Origin: Candidatus Marinacidobacterales bacterium
GTDB taxonomy: Bacteria; Acidobacteriota; Vicinamibacteria; Marinacidobacterales; DATDRI01
Reading direction: 5' to 3'
DNA: 64,000 nt
Assembly (NCBI GenBank): GCA_965219415.1
Contig: CBDCNP010000002.1
Location: forward strand, 2,720,001-2,784,000
Below are positions 30,332 through 40,856 of this stretch, in pieces (positions within the stretch are counted from its first letter, which is position 1; each line of letters opens with the position of its first letter). The notes beneath the pieces are model-generated. The model was not told the DNA's origin. It was given only the letters and a program-made list of their open reading frames with translations, and did no database searches. A program made the position numbers and the translations under genes.

Positions 30332-30898
30332 CTAGCGGCTGGCGCGTTCAACGTCCTCGGCCAGGAGGAATCCCTTGTCGCCTAGCACGTTCGCTCTCAC
30401 GACGTCTCCCCCTTCGAGCGCGCCTCGAGCCTGTGCCACGAAAGCTTGCGCAGCTTCGAATTGCTCCCGCTGCTGAACGGTGAGCGGGCGGTTGCGAAGA
30501 ACCGAAAAGAGATCCACGGTGCGATCGAGCTTGTTGGAAATCGTAGCTCGTTCTTCGGAGTCCCGCTGATCGGCTGGCAGTTGTGGTTTCGGTGGTGGCG
30601 AGGGAGTGGGGTCGGGGGGAGGAGCGGGCCGGGGTCGCGCACGGGGCGGCGGGGGAGGTTCTTCAACCGGGGGAGTCGCTTCCGCTGCGACGGCATCTTC
30701 TTGGACCGCGGTGGTTTGAACTTCCGGCTCCGTCTCGGCGACGTCGGGAATTGCTTCAGGAATCGAAGCCGAGGCAGGGGGACGCTCGAACTCAGCCTTC
30801 ACTCTTTTACTGCATCCGGTGGCAAGCCCGAGTCCGACGAAAAGGACGAAACCCAAAGCGAAACCACTACCTACAAAACCCCTCACCCTCGTCATCAA
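30332..30898 (-). CDS. Proline-rich lipoprotein
   Basis: Lipobox ATGC; overlaps the kinase stop codon. Confidence 0.72.
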   Translation of the reverse strand: MMTRVRGFVGSGFALGFVLFVGLGLATGCSKRVKAEFERPPASASIPEAIPDVAETEPEVQTTAVQEDAVAAEATPPVEEPPPPPRARPRPAPPPDPTPSPPPKPQLPADQRDSEERATISNKLDRTVDLFSVLRNRPLTVQQREQFEAAQAFVAQARGALEGGDVVRANVLGDKGFLLAEDVERASR

Positions 30899-32694
30899 CT
30901 CACTACCTCAGGCAGGGTAACTGTAAAACGGGCTCCCTGTCCAGGCGTAGAACTCACCGTCACCTCTCCATCATGAAGTTGCACGATTCGATAGACCATG
31001 GACAGACCGATGCCACTACCCCTGCCCTTCGTCGTGTAGTAGAGGTCAAAGATCTTCGGAAGCTCATCGGGCTCGATGCCGACCCCGGAATCCTCGACCC
31101 ACAGCTCGACTGTACCCTCCGCGGGACGGCTCGCCGTGACGCGAAGCTCTCCACCGTCTGGCATCGCTTCGCACGCGTTGATCATCAAGTTCAAGAAGGC
31201 TTGCTGAAGAAGCTCGCGGTCCCCGTAAACAGCAGGCAGACTAGTTGCGATTTCTGTTTCCAGGTGGATCCCTTTACTTTCTGTTTCTCCAACCAACAAG
31301 CGGGTGGCCTCGCCGAGAATTTCGTCGACGGTGACCGCTTCGAGCTGAAGCTCTTCCGGTCGAGTGAATTTCAAGAAGCCCTGAATGACTCCGTCCAGTC
31401 GCCGGATCTCTTCCTCCAAAACATCGAGGTAACCTTCGGCCTCGGGGCCCGCCTTCTTCAATTTTTGGCGAAGCAACGCTACGTGAATCACCATGGCGTT
31501 CAGGGGGTTCTTGATCTCGTGGGCGACACCGGAAGTGAGCCTCCCCAATGCGGCCAGCTTTTGAGAGTACGACAGGTGAGAACCCAAGCGCGAGAGCTTT
31601 TCCATGTCCCGAGCGCTCACCATCACGCCGAAAACGTCGGTCTCGCCTAACGGTTGCGCGGTCAGCGTATGCGGCACCTCGACACCGCCGACCTCCAGGG
31701 GAACGCTACGTGGGCCCACCGTTTCGTTCCGCGAGAACGCATCCTCGACGATCGTTTGCAGCGGATGTTCCTCCGGAAGAATATCGGAAAGCGGTTCTCC
31801 GTGGAGCTCGATATGAGCACGCCCCAGCAGCTCACCGGCGGGTCGGTTGAGGGAAAGGACCCTTCTCTCGCGACTGACTACCAGCACCGCGTCGGCTAAA
31901 CCGCCCAACATCGTCTTCATCCATGCTTCACCGGACTCTCGAAGGAGTCGATCGTCCGCCAGGCGCCGGCTCATGGAGGCGAAGAACTCCGCAACGCGGC
32001 TGACGTCTTCCTCGTTGCGAAGGTCGAGGGGCGGCTCACCGCCACCGGTATCGATGCGCGCCAGCTCTCGCCGCAACATCTCGATCGGAGCCAAAAGGCG
32101 ATTCGCCAGATAAAAGGATGCAAGGAAGGAAGCGAGGACCACTCCCGCCGCCATTGCGGCGTTCGTCGCAATGGCCCCGAACAGTTCCTCCTTCAAAAAC
32201 AAAGTACTGACTGCGACTCGAATCGAGCCGAAAGGCTCTCCGTCCACCAAAAAAGGAAGCTCGACCCCCAAAACATGGTGCCCTCGACTAAGCGCCCAGA
32301 GCTGAGAAAGAGGACCGCGCGCCGAGAACTCCGACAAAGAATCGGCGCTAATCAAGAACGTTCCCTCTTGTCGAGGGTCGCTATGAAGGATCGCCACTCC
32401 GAGCTGATCGGCTATGGCGACGTAAAGTGTCGTGGCCGAGTAACCCACGATCGCTTCCGCGTCGTTTCTCAGGGCGGCATCGGAGCGCAATGCGATGCGT
32501 ATGTCTTCTTCTCCGTGCTCCCGTATGACACGCGAGGCCTGGTGATAGAGAGTTTGGCCAAGCAGCTCGGCGCGACTCTGGATCTCTGCCACCCCCAGCC
32601 TGGCCAGTGAGGCTGCGTTCATCAAGCTAGTAGCCAGAGCGACCGCTCCTGCAACCAATGTCAGAGTCGCGATCTGCTTCCCACGGAATCCCAC
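30895..32694 (-). CDS. Sensor histidine kinase with PAS domain
   Basis: H box 'AHEIKNPL', N box 'NLMINA', 'DSGVG', 'GSGIGL'. Confidence 0.93.
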   Translation of the reverse strand: MGFRGKQIATLTLVAGAVALATSLMNAASLARLGVAEIQSRAELLGQTLYHQASRVIREHGEEDIRIALRSDAALRNDAEAIVGYSATTLYVAIADQLGVAILHSDPRQEGTFLISADSLSEFSARGPLSQLWALSRGHHVLGVELPFLVDGEPFGSIRVAVSTLFLKEELFGAIATNAAMAAGVVLASFLASFYLANRLLAPIEMLRRELARIDTGGGEPPLDLRNEEDVSRVAEFFASMSRRLADDRLLRESGEAWMKTMLGGLADAVLVVSRERRVLSLNRPAGELLGRAHIELHGEPLSDILPEEHPLQTIVEDAFSRNETVGPRSVPLEVGGVEVPHTLTAQPLGETDVFGVMVSARDMEKLSRLGSHLSYSQKLAALGRLTSGVAHEIKNPLNAMVIHVALLRQKLKKAGPEAEGYLDVLEEEIRRLDGVIQGFLKFTRPEELQLEAVTVDEILGEATRLLVGETESKGIHLETEIATSLPAVYGDRELLQQAFLNLMINACEAMPDGGELRVTASRPAEGTVELWVEDSGVGIEPDELPKIFDLYYTTKGRGSGIGLSMVYRIVQLHDGEVTVSSTPGQGARFTVTLPEVVS

Positions 32695-32802
32695 TTTAGT
32701 TACTCCCGAGTCGCGAGGGACGACCCTTCCAATACCGTGTGGTGGAGGGGCTCGTGGTTCATGACAAGATCCGCCCCCGCGGTCCGATTCTATCCCCCGG
32801 GT

Positions 32803-34173
32803 TTAGGACTGGCGATACTTCTTGAGCTTGTTGTGAAGCGTCTTCAAGCTGATGCCCAGGATCTCTGCTGCCCGGGTCTTGTTGTGACCGGTGGCCTCGA
32901 GCGTTTTTAGGATCAAATTTCGCTCCGCCTGTTCCACCGTCGTTCCTACACGCAGGGCCAATTCATCCGAATCGAATGCGCCGGTCTCCGCCTTCGGACC
33001 ACGCGTTACGAAGGGAGGAAGCTCCTCCAAACCGATCTGCTGGTCGGATGCGACGATGACGGCTCGTTCGATAACGTTGCGCAACTCTCGCACATTCCCC
33101 GGCCAATGGTAGCCAGCCAATGCACGGATCGCCCGGGGCTCCGCTCCGGAAAGCGGTTTGCCGTTTAGCTCGCCAAACTCCCGTACAAAATGCTCGACGA
33201 GAAGTGGCACATCGTCCAGCCGCTCGCGGAGGGGTGGCAGATACAGTCGAAAGACGTTGAGCCGATAGTAGAGATCTTCTCGAAGTTTTCCCTCTTTCAG
33301 CGCCGTCTCAGGATTTCGGTTGGTGGCCGCGAGCACCCTCACGTCCACCTGGATTTCTTCCTGGCCCCCCAACCGTCTAAACGCTCGCTCCTCGAGTACT
33401 CGCAGCAACTTCACCTGGGTTGCTGGAGCCATCTCTACGACCTCGTCCAAAAAGAGCGTTCCGTTATCGGCGAGCTCGAAACAGCCCTCCCGGCGTCCTT
33501 CCGCGCCGGTGAAGGCACCCTTCTCGTGTCCGAATATTTCACTTTCGAGTAGCGCTTCCGGAATAGCCGAACAATTGATGGGGACGAACGGCCCTTTGTT
33601 CCGAGGGGAAAGTTCGTGAAGACTTCGCGCCACGAGCTCCTTGCCGGTACCGGATTCGCCTACCAACAGCACGGAAGCAGACGACGGGCCCGCCTGCATG
33701 AGCTGGTCGTAGAGCCTACGCATGGGAGCACTCTTCCCTACCATCTGTCCGAAACGACCGGTCGTTTCGATCGCACTTTGATAGCGCTCCAGCTCCGCCA
33801 ATATCACCGATCGTCCAGTGGCTCTTTCGAGAACCGCCTTCAGCCGGCCGGTCTCGACCGGTTTCGTCAAATAGTCGAAGGCCCCCTGCTTCATAGCCTC
33901 AACCGCACTAGCGATAGTGCCCTTCGCAGTGAGCATGACAAAAGATAAATAGCCGAGGCTCCCGGAGAGCGCACGGAGAAGCTCCATCCCATTCATGCGC
34001 GGCATGATGAGATCCGCGATAACGACTTGAGGGCGGAAGCTTGCGACCTTCTCGAGTGCCTCCGCACCGTCGGCGGCGGTCTCCGCTGTATAGCCCCAAC
34101 TCGCGACGAGCTCTGCCAGGCCACGGCGTGAGCCTGACTCGTCGTCCACGATGAGCACTCCTTGCTTTTCCAT
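32803..34173 (-). CDS. Sigma54-dependent NtrC-family response regulator
   Basis: Receiver domain, GESGTGKE, GAFTGA, Fis-type HTH. Confidence 0.95.
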   Translation of the reverse strand: MEKQGVLIVDDESGSRRGLAELVASWGYTAETAADGAEALEKVASFRPQVVIADLIMPRMNGMELLRALSGSLGYLSFVMLTAKGTIASAVEAMKQGAFDYLTKPVETGRLKAVLERATGRSVILAELERYQSAIETTGRFGQMVGKSAPMRRLYDQLMQAGPSSASVLLVGESGTGKELVARSLHELSPRNKGPFVPINCSAIPEALLESEIFGHEKGAFTGAEGRREGCFELADNGTLFLDEVVEMAPATQVKLLRVLEERAFRRLGGQEEIQVDVRVLAATNRNPETALKEGKLREDLYYRLNVFRLYLPPLRERLDDVPLLVEHFVREFGELNGKPLSGAEPRAIRALAGYHWPGNVRELRNVIERAVIVASDQQIGLEELPPFVTRGPKAETGAFDSDELALRVGTTVEQAERNLILKTLEATGHNKTRAAEILGISLKTLHNKLKKYRQS

Positions 34174-34362
34174 CTCGTCACTCGATGCGTTGGTGTCTAT
34201 ACCTCGGACTCAAGTATATCGCTAGTGCCCTGTATCAGTAATTCGTCACCTAAATCTCGGCCCCTTTTGCGCGCTGGCTTCGTTATGACTCCTCGACACT
34301 GATACAGGACTCTAGGTTCTTGGTGATCAACCACACCGACCCGATAGGCGATGTGCGCTAGA

Positions 34363-35103
34363 ATGTTCGGCATGAATCTGGATGAGCTCCTTTCGCCTTT
34401 GGGTGGGAGGCTCGTCCTGCTGGCGATGGTGCTCGCGGTGGTTGGGTTCGGTTTTCTGGCCCTGCTGGGAAGCTGGCTGTTGGATTTCGCTAGAAACCGA
34501 ACGGCGGCCAGTCTTAGACCACTGCGCAGCCTCTTTGCCCTCCTCCTCTCGATCGCCTTCCTCGCCTCGGCGGCGGCCGCCGCTTTCTTGTCGACCTCCC
34601 TCAGAACCTACGGTGTCTTCACCGATCACACGCTCGTGGCTCGTATCGAATGTGAACGGATCACCGACAATCCTGATTACCAGATGCTGTTGCGCTACGC
34701 TCCGCAAGAAGACGGACGGGACGGAGAGCCCGTCCACTACCTCCTGAAAGGAGACATGTGGGAAGTGGGTGGCGACATACTGAAGTGGGACCCCAAGCTC
34801 TCCCTCCTCGGCATCCATGCCAGCCAAAAGGTGACTCGTATTTCGAGCTATGCGCGGGATCCTGACCAGAGCGAGGATTCGGACTCCGACTACAAGCTCA
34901 ATGGGGGCACCGATAAGCTTTGGTTGTGGCTGCACGAGCACGGGCAGAAACTCCCGTTCGTGGAGGCCGTTTACGGGAGCGCCGCCGTGTTCACCCTACC
35001 CAGCTCGAATCAGGCGTTCGAGCTCTACATCGGTCAAGACGACTACTCACTCAAGAAAGTGCCCCGCAGCGTCCTGCCGCGTTCAATAGAGCCGCCTGGC
35101 TAG
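34363..35103 (+). CDS. Hypothetical membrane protein
   Basis: Two N-terminal TM segments, then a soluble domain ('LKGDMWEVGGDILKW', 'VEAVYGSA'). Confidence 0.65.
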   Translation: MFGMNLDELLSPLGGRLVLLAMVLAVVGFGFLALLGSWLLDFARNRTAASLRPLRSLFALLLSIAFLASAAAAAFLSTSLRTYGVFTDHTLVARIECERITDNPDYQMLLRYAPQEDGRDGEPVHYLLKGDMWEVGGDILKWDPKLSLLGIHASQKVTRISSYARDPDQSEDSDSDYKLNGGTDKLWLWLHEHGQKLPFVEAVYGSAAVFTLPSSNQAFELYIGQDDYSLKKVPRSVLPRSIEPPG

Positions 35104-35200
35104 CTCGATATTGGCACTGGGTATTTTGGCGGCCAACAGGATCTAACGATCCGCCTGCTAGCTCGAGCAACTGGGTATTTTGGCGGCCAGTAGGAACCAA
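35092..35200 (+). repeat. Imperfect tandem direct repeat, two copies of about 50-59 bp
   Basis: CCGCCTG(G)CTAGCTCGA...ACTGGGTATTTTGGCGGCCA occurs at 35092 and again at 35151. Confidence 0.8.
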
Positions 35201-35280
35201 AGGGCACACGACGCCCACTGGACTCCAAGCAGGATCAGCTCCCGATCTTGAAGCAGCCTGCTATTGCCGGGGCGCTCGAA

Positions 35281-36609
35281 TCAGGAGTGCTTCCGCTCGA
35301 TCCGAATATGTAGGGTGAGGTTGAACTCTACTTCTTCCGCGTCGGGATCGATGGATAGCCGAACCGGGACGACGACTCGCTGCGGGCTGCCTTCCGAACC
35401 CAGCCTCGCCTCGATCTTAGCTCGACCGCGGAAGTGTTCGACCCCGCTTCGGACAGGTCGACGAAGGCCTGCCCTTCCACATCCAACTCTTGAAAACCCA
35501 CGTCGGAGTCACTGGCGCCACCGGGAGCGGTGATGGCATCCGCATGCGACGCCGAGTCGGCAGCTCCGAGCTCGTCCACCAGCATGTCGATCTCGTTGTC
35601 TTCTCTGGGCACGGTTTTCTGCAGTCGATCCTGATCTTGCCTGCGCCTCCACGCTCCGCCCAGAGAAGTCTTCTTGGATTGAGACGCCGGATCTTGCTCC
35701 CCGGATAGCGCTCCTTCGAGCACTTCTTCGATGTCGAGCTCCTTGAAAGCCTCTCCCGGCGACTCGCTCGCAGCCTCGCGCGTCGAGGGCTTAGTGATCG
35801 CCTTCCGCCGAATATCTCCCGACAACTCGTCCTTTTGGTCTCCGGTGAAAGGGTCCACCGCAGCGGCGCTCATGTCGGCGCCGTCATTCGCCGATACGCT
35901 TCCTTCGTTTGCGAAGGGATCGGTCGATTCCTTGGCCCGCCACCGGGCATCTGCTGGGGACCCACCGACCGCGACCGAAGCGGCAGGCTGTGGTGCTGGC
36001 AGAGCTTTTCCGGGTTTCGCAGCGTATTTCTCCATCACCGATCTCAAGACCAGACCACTAATCGCTTTCAGCGTGTCCTCGACTCCTATCCCCTCGGTAG
36101 CCACTGTTTCGTAGAAAGGAACGTTGAGCTTGTTGACCTTGTCGCTCATCTCCTCGACGCTCATGACGTCGGGGAGATCGCGTTTGTTGTATTGAATCAC
36201 CAACGGGATCTCTTCGATGCGCAGGTCGTGGGCCAAGAGATTCTGTTGGAGGTTCGCGAGGCTCTCTTGATTGGCCTCCAGCATAGTGGGCTGGGAGTCG
36301 GCCACGAAGACGACCCCGTCGGCACCCTTTAGCACCATCCGGCGTGTGGTGTTGTAAAAGACCTGGCCGGGCACGGTATAGATCTGAACGCGAGTCTTGA
36401 TTCCCCGCATCACACCGGCTTCGAGTGGGAGGAAATCGAAGTAGAGGGTGCGGTCGGTCTCGGTGGCCAGCGTGAGCAGCCGCCCTTTGTTCTTGAGGGG
36501 CAGCTCGTCGTAAATATATTGCAGATTGGCGGTTTTACCGCTCAGACCAGGACCGTAGTTACACGATCTTAGCGGTCAGCTCTTTGAGAGAGTAGTTAAA
36601 TAGTACCAC
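35281..36609 (-). CDS. MglA-like small GTPase with long C-terminal extension; frameshifts near 36560 and 35418
   Basis: Reconstructed 'MVLFNYSLKELTAKIVYYGPGLSGKT', 'DRTLYFDF', 'TVPGQ', 'NKRD'. Confidence 0.82.
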
Positions 36610-36772
36610 CGGGCAAACCTACCCCGGTCGAATTGGATCACAGAGCGCTCAGGGTATTTTAGCGCCTATCGGCCACAAGTTCAAGCGGCTCTATATATTA
36701 TGCGCGATCGCCCCGCGAGCCGGATGATTTTGCCGCCACCTCTCAACTAGATCGGCTATTCTAGGCCCATCT

Positions 36773-39157
36773 ATGGCGGAGATCCTTGCCCCCGCTGACC
36801 GCGCGCTCGCCCTAAGGAAAGCCATCTCCGAAATCGAGGCCGAAACCACTCGAGTTCCCGGCATCACCGCCTTCCGCCACTACCCAGCCTTGCCCGGAAG
36901 TTACGCCGATTTCCCCCCTGAGCTCTCTCCTCGTCTGGTCGAGGTCTTGCGTCAACGGGGCATCGAAAGACTCTACTCCCATCAAATCGAAGCCTTCGAG
37001 AGAGTGCAGGCCGGCGAGAATGTCGTGGTGGTCACGCCGACCGCCTCGGGAAAGACACTTTGCTACAACCTGCCCGTACTCGACGCCGCGCTACGCAACC
37101 CTGAAACCCGCGCCCTGTATCTTTTCCCGACCAAGGCTCTTTCCCAGGATCAGTTGGCAGAGCTCCATGCCATGATCGAAGAGTTAGACGTAGACATCCG
37201 CACCTTCACCTATGACGGGGATACGCCGCAGGACGCCCGTAAGGCGATCCGCTCGAGGGGACACCTCGTAGTCACCAACCCCGACATGCTTCACAGCGGT
37301 ATCCTTCCTCACCATCCGAAGTGGGTCAAGCTGTTCGAGAATCTCCGCTACATCGTCATCGACGAAGTGCATGCGTACCGGGGGGTTTTCGGGAGCCATC
37401 TGACGAACATCCTTCGCCGCCTCCAACGGATCTGCGCCTTCTACGGCACTCAACCGCAGTTCATTTGCTCATCGGCAACCATCGCCAATCCTCAAGAGTT
37501 GACCGAGAAGCTGATCGATGCCCCGGCGAGCCTCATCGACACCAACGGGGCTCCGCGGGGGGAGAAGTACTTCCTCTTCTACAATCCTCCGGTCGTCAAT
37601 CGAGAGCTGGGTATCCGGCGGTCCTATATCCACGAAGCGCGCCGTCTGGCTCTGTCTTTCTTGAGGCGTGGCTTGCAAACCATCGTCTTTGCAACCAGCC
37701 GTCTCAATACCGAGGTGCTGGTCACGTACTTGAAGGACGCGCTCGAGAAAGAAGTCACCGCGCAGGACTTGGTTCGCGGTTACCGCGGGGGATACTTGCC
37801 GGAGAAACGTCGGGAGATCGAACGAGGGCTGCGCGAAGGCAGCGTCTTGGGTGTCGTGTCGACCAACGCCCTCGAGCTCGGGATCGACATCGGCAACCTC
37901 GATGTCGCGATTCTTGCCGGGTATCCGGGGACGATCGCGTCGACTTGGCAGCAGGCGGGACGATCGGGTCGAAGAACCGGCTCCTCGGTTGCGATCCTGG
38001 TCGCAAACAGCAGTCCCATAAACCAGTTTGTGGTGAATCACCCGGACTACTTCTTCTCCGGCTCGCCAGAGCACGGTCTCGTGAATCCTGACAATCTGTC
38101 GATCTTGCTCGATCACGTGAAGTGCGCCGCCTTCGAGCTACCATTCCAACAAAGCGAAAGTTTCGGTGAGGAAAACCTCCAAGAGATGCTCGGCTTCCTG
38201 GAAGAGCACCAACTGGTACACCATTCCGGCGATCGCTGGCACTGGACGAGCGAGTCGTATCCCGCCGATGAGGTGAGCTTGCGCTCGGTAAGCTCCGACA
38301 ATTTTGTGGTCGTGGACGAAACGACCAAACCTCGGGTGATCGCGGAGGTCGACTACACCAGCGCGTTCTCCACACTCCACGACAAGGCCATTTACATCGT
38401 AGAAGGACAGCAATACTACGTGGAGCGTTTCGACCACACCGAGCGAAGAGCGACGGTTCGCCAGTGCGATACGGATTACTTCACCGATGCCATCACTTAC
38501 ACCAAAGTCAATATTCTCGATCGATTCGACTCGAACTCGGTGGGAGCATCGGTTCGTTCGCACGGTGAGGTCCACGTGGTCTCCCAGGTCGTCGGTTTCA
38601 AGAAGATCAAGTTCTACACACTCGAAAACGTGGGCTCGGGTGAGCTCAGCATGCCGGAGCAAGAGATGCACACTACGGCCTACTGGCTCACGGTCGGTCG
38701 AGAGGTGTTAGCCGCGTTGGAAGCGAACTCCGAGCAGAAGCGGGACGGTATCGTCGGCTTGGCCAACACACTCAAAACCGTCGCTATGCTCTTTCTTATG
38801 TGCGCCCGCTCCGACCTCGGGGTTGCGATCGGAGACAACTCGCAGGGCTTTGCCTCGATCGAGAAAGGTTTCAAACGGCCACCGGGCGCTACACCGCAAC
38901 CCGAGGCCGCGACAGAATTGGACCCCGCCTACGAGCCTAATATCTTCCTCTACGACAATTACCCGGGCGGCATCGGCTTTTCGGAGCCATCGTTCAGGCT
39001 CCATGACAAACTCCTCTGCGAAGGCAAGAGGCTCATCGAGAGCTGCCCCTGCAAGGACGGATGCCCTTCCTGCGTCGGCCCCGTGGGAGAGGTGGGAGCC
39101 AAAGGGAAAGAAGTTGCGCTCGCCATCCTCACGCGAATCGTGCCAGACTATCTCTGA
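36773..39157 (+). CDS. mrfA: DEAH helicase with C-terminal DUF1998 Zn-binding domain (MrfA/YprA/Hrq1 family)
   Basis: TASGKT, DEVH, SAT, QAGRSGR, C-terminal CxCxxGCPSC. Confidence 0.9.
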   Translation: MAEILAPADRALALRKAISEIEAETTRVPGITAFRHYPALPGSYADFPPELSPRLVEVLRQRGIERLYSHQIEAFERVQAGENVVVVTPTASGKTLCYNLPVLDAALRNPETRALYLFPTKALSQDQLAELHAMIEELDVDIRTFTYDGDTPQDARKAIRSRGHLVVTNPDMLHSGILPHHPKWVKLFENLRYIVIDEVHAYRGVFGSHLTNILRRLQRICAFYGTQPQFICSSATIANPQELTEKLIDAPASLIDTNGAPRGEKYFLFYNPPVVNRELGIRRSYIHEARRLALSFLRRGLQTIVFATSRLNTEVLVTYLKDALEKEVTAQDLVRGYRGGYLPEKRREIERGLREGSVLGVVSTNALELGIDIGNLDVAILAGYPGTIASTWQQAGRSGRRTGSSVAILVANSSPINQFVVNHPDYFFSGSPEHGLVNPDNLSILLDHVKCAAFELPFQQSESFGEENLQEMLGFLEEHQLVHHSGDRWHWTSESYPADEVSLRSVSSDNFVVVDETTKPRVIAEVDYTSAFSTLHDKAIYIVEGQQYYVERFDHTERRATVRQCDTDYFTDAITYTKVNILDRFDSNSVGASVRSHGEVHVVSQVVGFKKIKFYTLENVGSGELSMPEQEMHTTAYWLTVGREVLAALEANSEQKRDGIVGLANTLKTVAMLFLMCARSDLGVAIGDNSQGFASIEKGFKRPPGATPQPEAATELDPAYEPNIFLYDNYPGGIGFSEPSFRLHDKLLCEGKRLIESCPCKDGCPSCVGPVGEVGAKGKEVALAILTRIVPDYL

Positions 39158-39192
39158 GTGGCCCTGAGTGGCCCCCCCACTGACTTCGACCA

Positions 39193-40590
39193 ATGCGCAC
39201 CCGGGACAAACTGGAGCGGCACTTCGAATCACGACCCGCCGCACCCGCGCAACGCCGCACCCCGCAGTCGGAGCCTGCGGCGAGCCCCAGCGAATCACTC
39301 CACCGTCTGGAGCGTGAGCTCCTGGGCGAGGCAGGGAACGACGACGCGCTTTCCATCAAAGAGCGGCTGGAACGCCTGGTGGCAGTCACCACCAAGACTC
39401 GTGCCGAACCGCCCCGAAAGACTCTTCACCAAGAACCAAGACGTATCGTCTCACTCGACGAGGTTCTGGAGGGAAGACGGGTCGAGAACGAAAAGGGCGC
39501 TTTCTATCAGGTCGACCATCGGTATCCACTCGACCACTGGCATGGGCAAATGAGCCTCTCGCGCCTCAAAGCCGTTCCACCTTCCGCGTTTTCGATACTC
39601 GCTCGAGGAGACGACGAGCTCGATCTATCGCGCGCGGTGTTTCTCGACACCGAGACCACCGGGCTCACTGGCGGGTCCGGCACCTGCGCTTTTTTGGTTG
39701 GACTCGGCTTCATCGAGGATGACAGCTTCGTAGTCCGCCAGCTCTTCATGCGTGACTACCCAGAAGAAGAAGCCATGCTGCATGAGTTGGCAAGCTTGCT
39801 GGCCCGGTTCGAAAGCCTGGTTACGTACAACGGCAAGACTTTCGACATTCCCCTCCTCGAGACTCGCCTGGTGCTCTCTCGCCTGAGCTTTCCACTGAGT
39901 GAGTTTCCCCATTTCGATCTTCTCCACCCGGCTCGCAGCCTGTGGAAGGCGCGACTCGATCGTTGTCGGCTCACGGACCTCGAGTACATGCTTCTCGATC
40001 TAGAGCGCGACGAGGACGTTCCGGGGGAACTGATTCCGAGTCTTTATTTCGACTACGTCCGAACGCGCGATGCCTCTCGCGTCTTCCGGGTCTTCACTCA
40101 CAACCGTTACGACATCGTTTCGTTGGCAGCTCTCACCGTGCTCGCCTCCGAGATGCTGGACGAAGACGCCTCGCCCGAGCACCCCATCGACGATTACAGC
40201 CTCGGTCGACTATTCGAGAGAGCCGACCTCCCGGAGCGTTCGATGCGACACTACAGCCGGGCGGTCGAGAGCGGGCTCTCCGGACCGGCGCGACGACGGT
40301 CGCTCCGGCAGTTGGCGCAACAACTCAAGCGTCGCCAACAATGGGAAGAGTCTACCGCGGTGTGGAAAGAGCTGGCATCTGGTGACGGCCCCGAAGCCAT
40401 CGAGGCAATAGAGGAGCTGACGAAGCATTTGGAGCACAAGGAGCGTGATTTCGAAGGCGCAATCGCTTACTGCCAGGACGCGATCACGCGGGTCGAAGAG
40501 GATGTCAGGTTACCGCTTGCACTTCGCGAACGATGGCGGGAATCCTTCAGGCATCGCAGACGACGTCTAAAGCGAAAAGAAAAACGCTGA
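39193..40590 (+). CDS. mrfB: RNase H-like 3'-5' exonuclease with TPR tail (MrfB/YprB family)
   Basis: 'DTETTG', 'YNGKTFD', 'HNRYD'; adjacent to the MrfA-like helicase. Confidence 0.85.
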   Translation: MRTRDKLERHFESRPAAPAQRRTPQSEPAASPSESLHRLERELLGEAGNDDALSIKERLERLVAVTTKTRAEPPRKTLHQEPRRIVSLDEVLEGRRVENEKGAFYQVDHRYPLDHWHGQMSLSRLKAVPPSAFSILARGDDELDLSRAVFLDTETTGLTGGSGTCAFLVGLGFIEDDSFVVRQLFMRDYPEEEAMLHELASLLARFESLVTYNGKTFDIPLLETRLVLSRLSFPLSEFPHFDLLHPARSLWKARLDRCRLTDLEYMLLDLERDEDVPGELIPSLYFDYVRTRDASRVFRVFTHNRYDIVSLAALTVLASEMLDEDASPEHPIDDYSLGRLFERADLPERSMRHYSRAVESGLSGPARRRSLRQLAQQLKRRQQWEESTAVWKELASGDGPEAIEAIEELTKHLEHKERDFEGAIAYCQDAITRVEEDVRLPLALRERWRESFRHRRRRLKRKEKR

Positions 40591-40610
40591 AGGCCAGCGA
40601 ATCGGACTCC

Positions 40611-40856
40611 TCAGCCGCCACTCACTGGCGGTAGGAAAGCCACTTCGTCTTCCGACTGCAGCTCGACGGCACGGTCAACGATGTCTTGGTTGACGGCGAT
40701 CTTAACGATTTCGGTGTAGGGCGATAGTTTGGGGTGTTCGGTGAGTAGTCTCTCCCAGAGCCCGCCCGCGGTCGTCCCCTGAGCAATGTCAAACTCCATC
40801 TCCTCCCGACCCGCGATCTCTCGCACACCAGCGAAGAGTTTCAGGTGAACTTTCAT
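40611..40856 (-). CDS. moaD: Molybdopterin synthase sulfur carrier
   Basis: Ubiquitin-like protein ending in PPVSGG. Confidence 0.93.
   Translation of the reverse strand: MKVHLKLFAGVREIAGREEMEFDIAQGTTAGGLWERLLTEHPKLSPYTEIVKIAVNQDIVDRAVELQSEDEVAFLPPVSGG

Noticed and set aside
35092-35200. Mini CRISPR array
   Set aside because: Only two copies, the 'spacers' are themselves homologous, and there are no cas genes.
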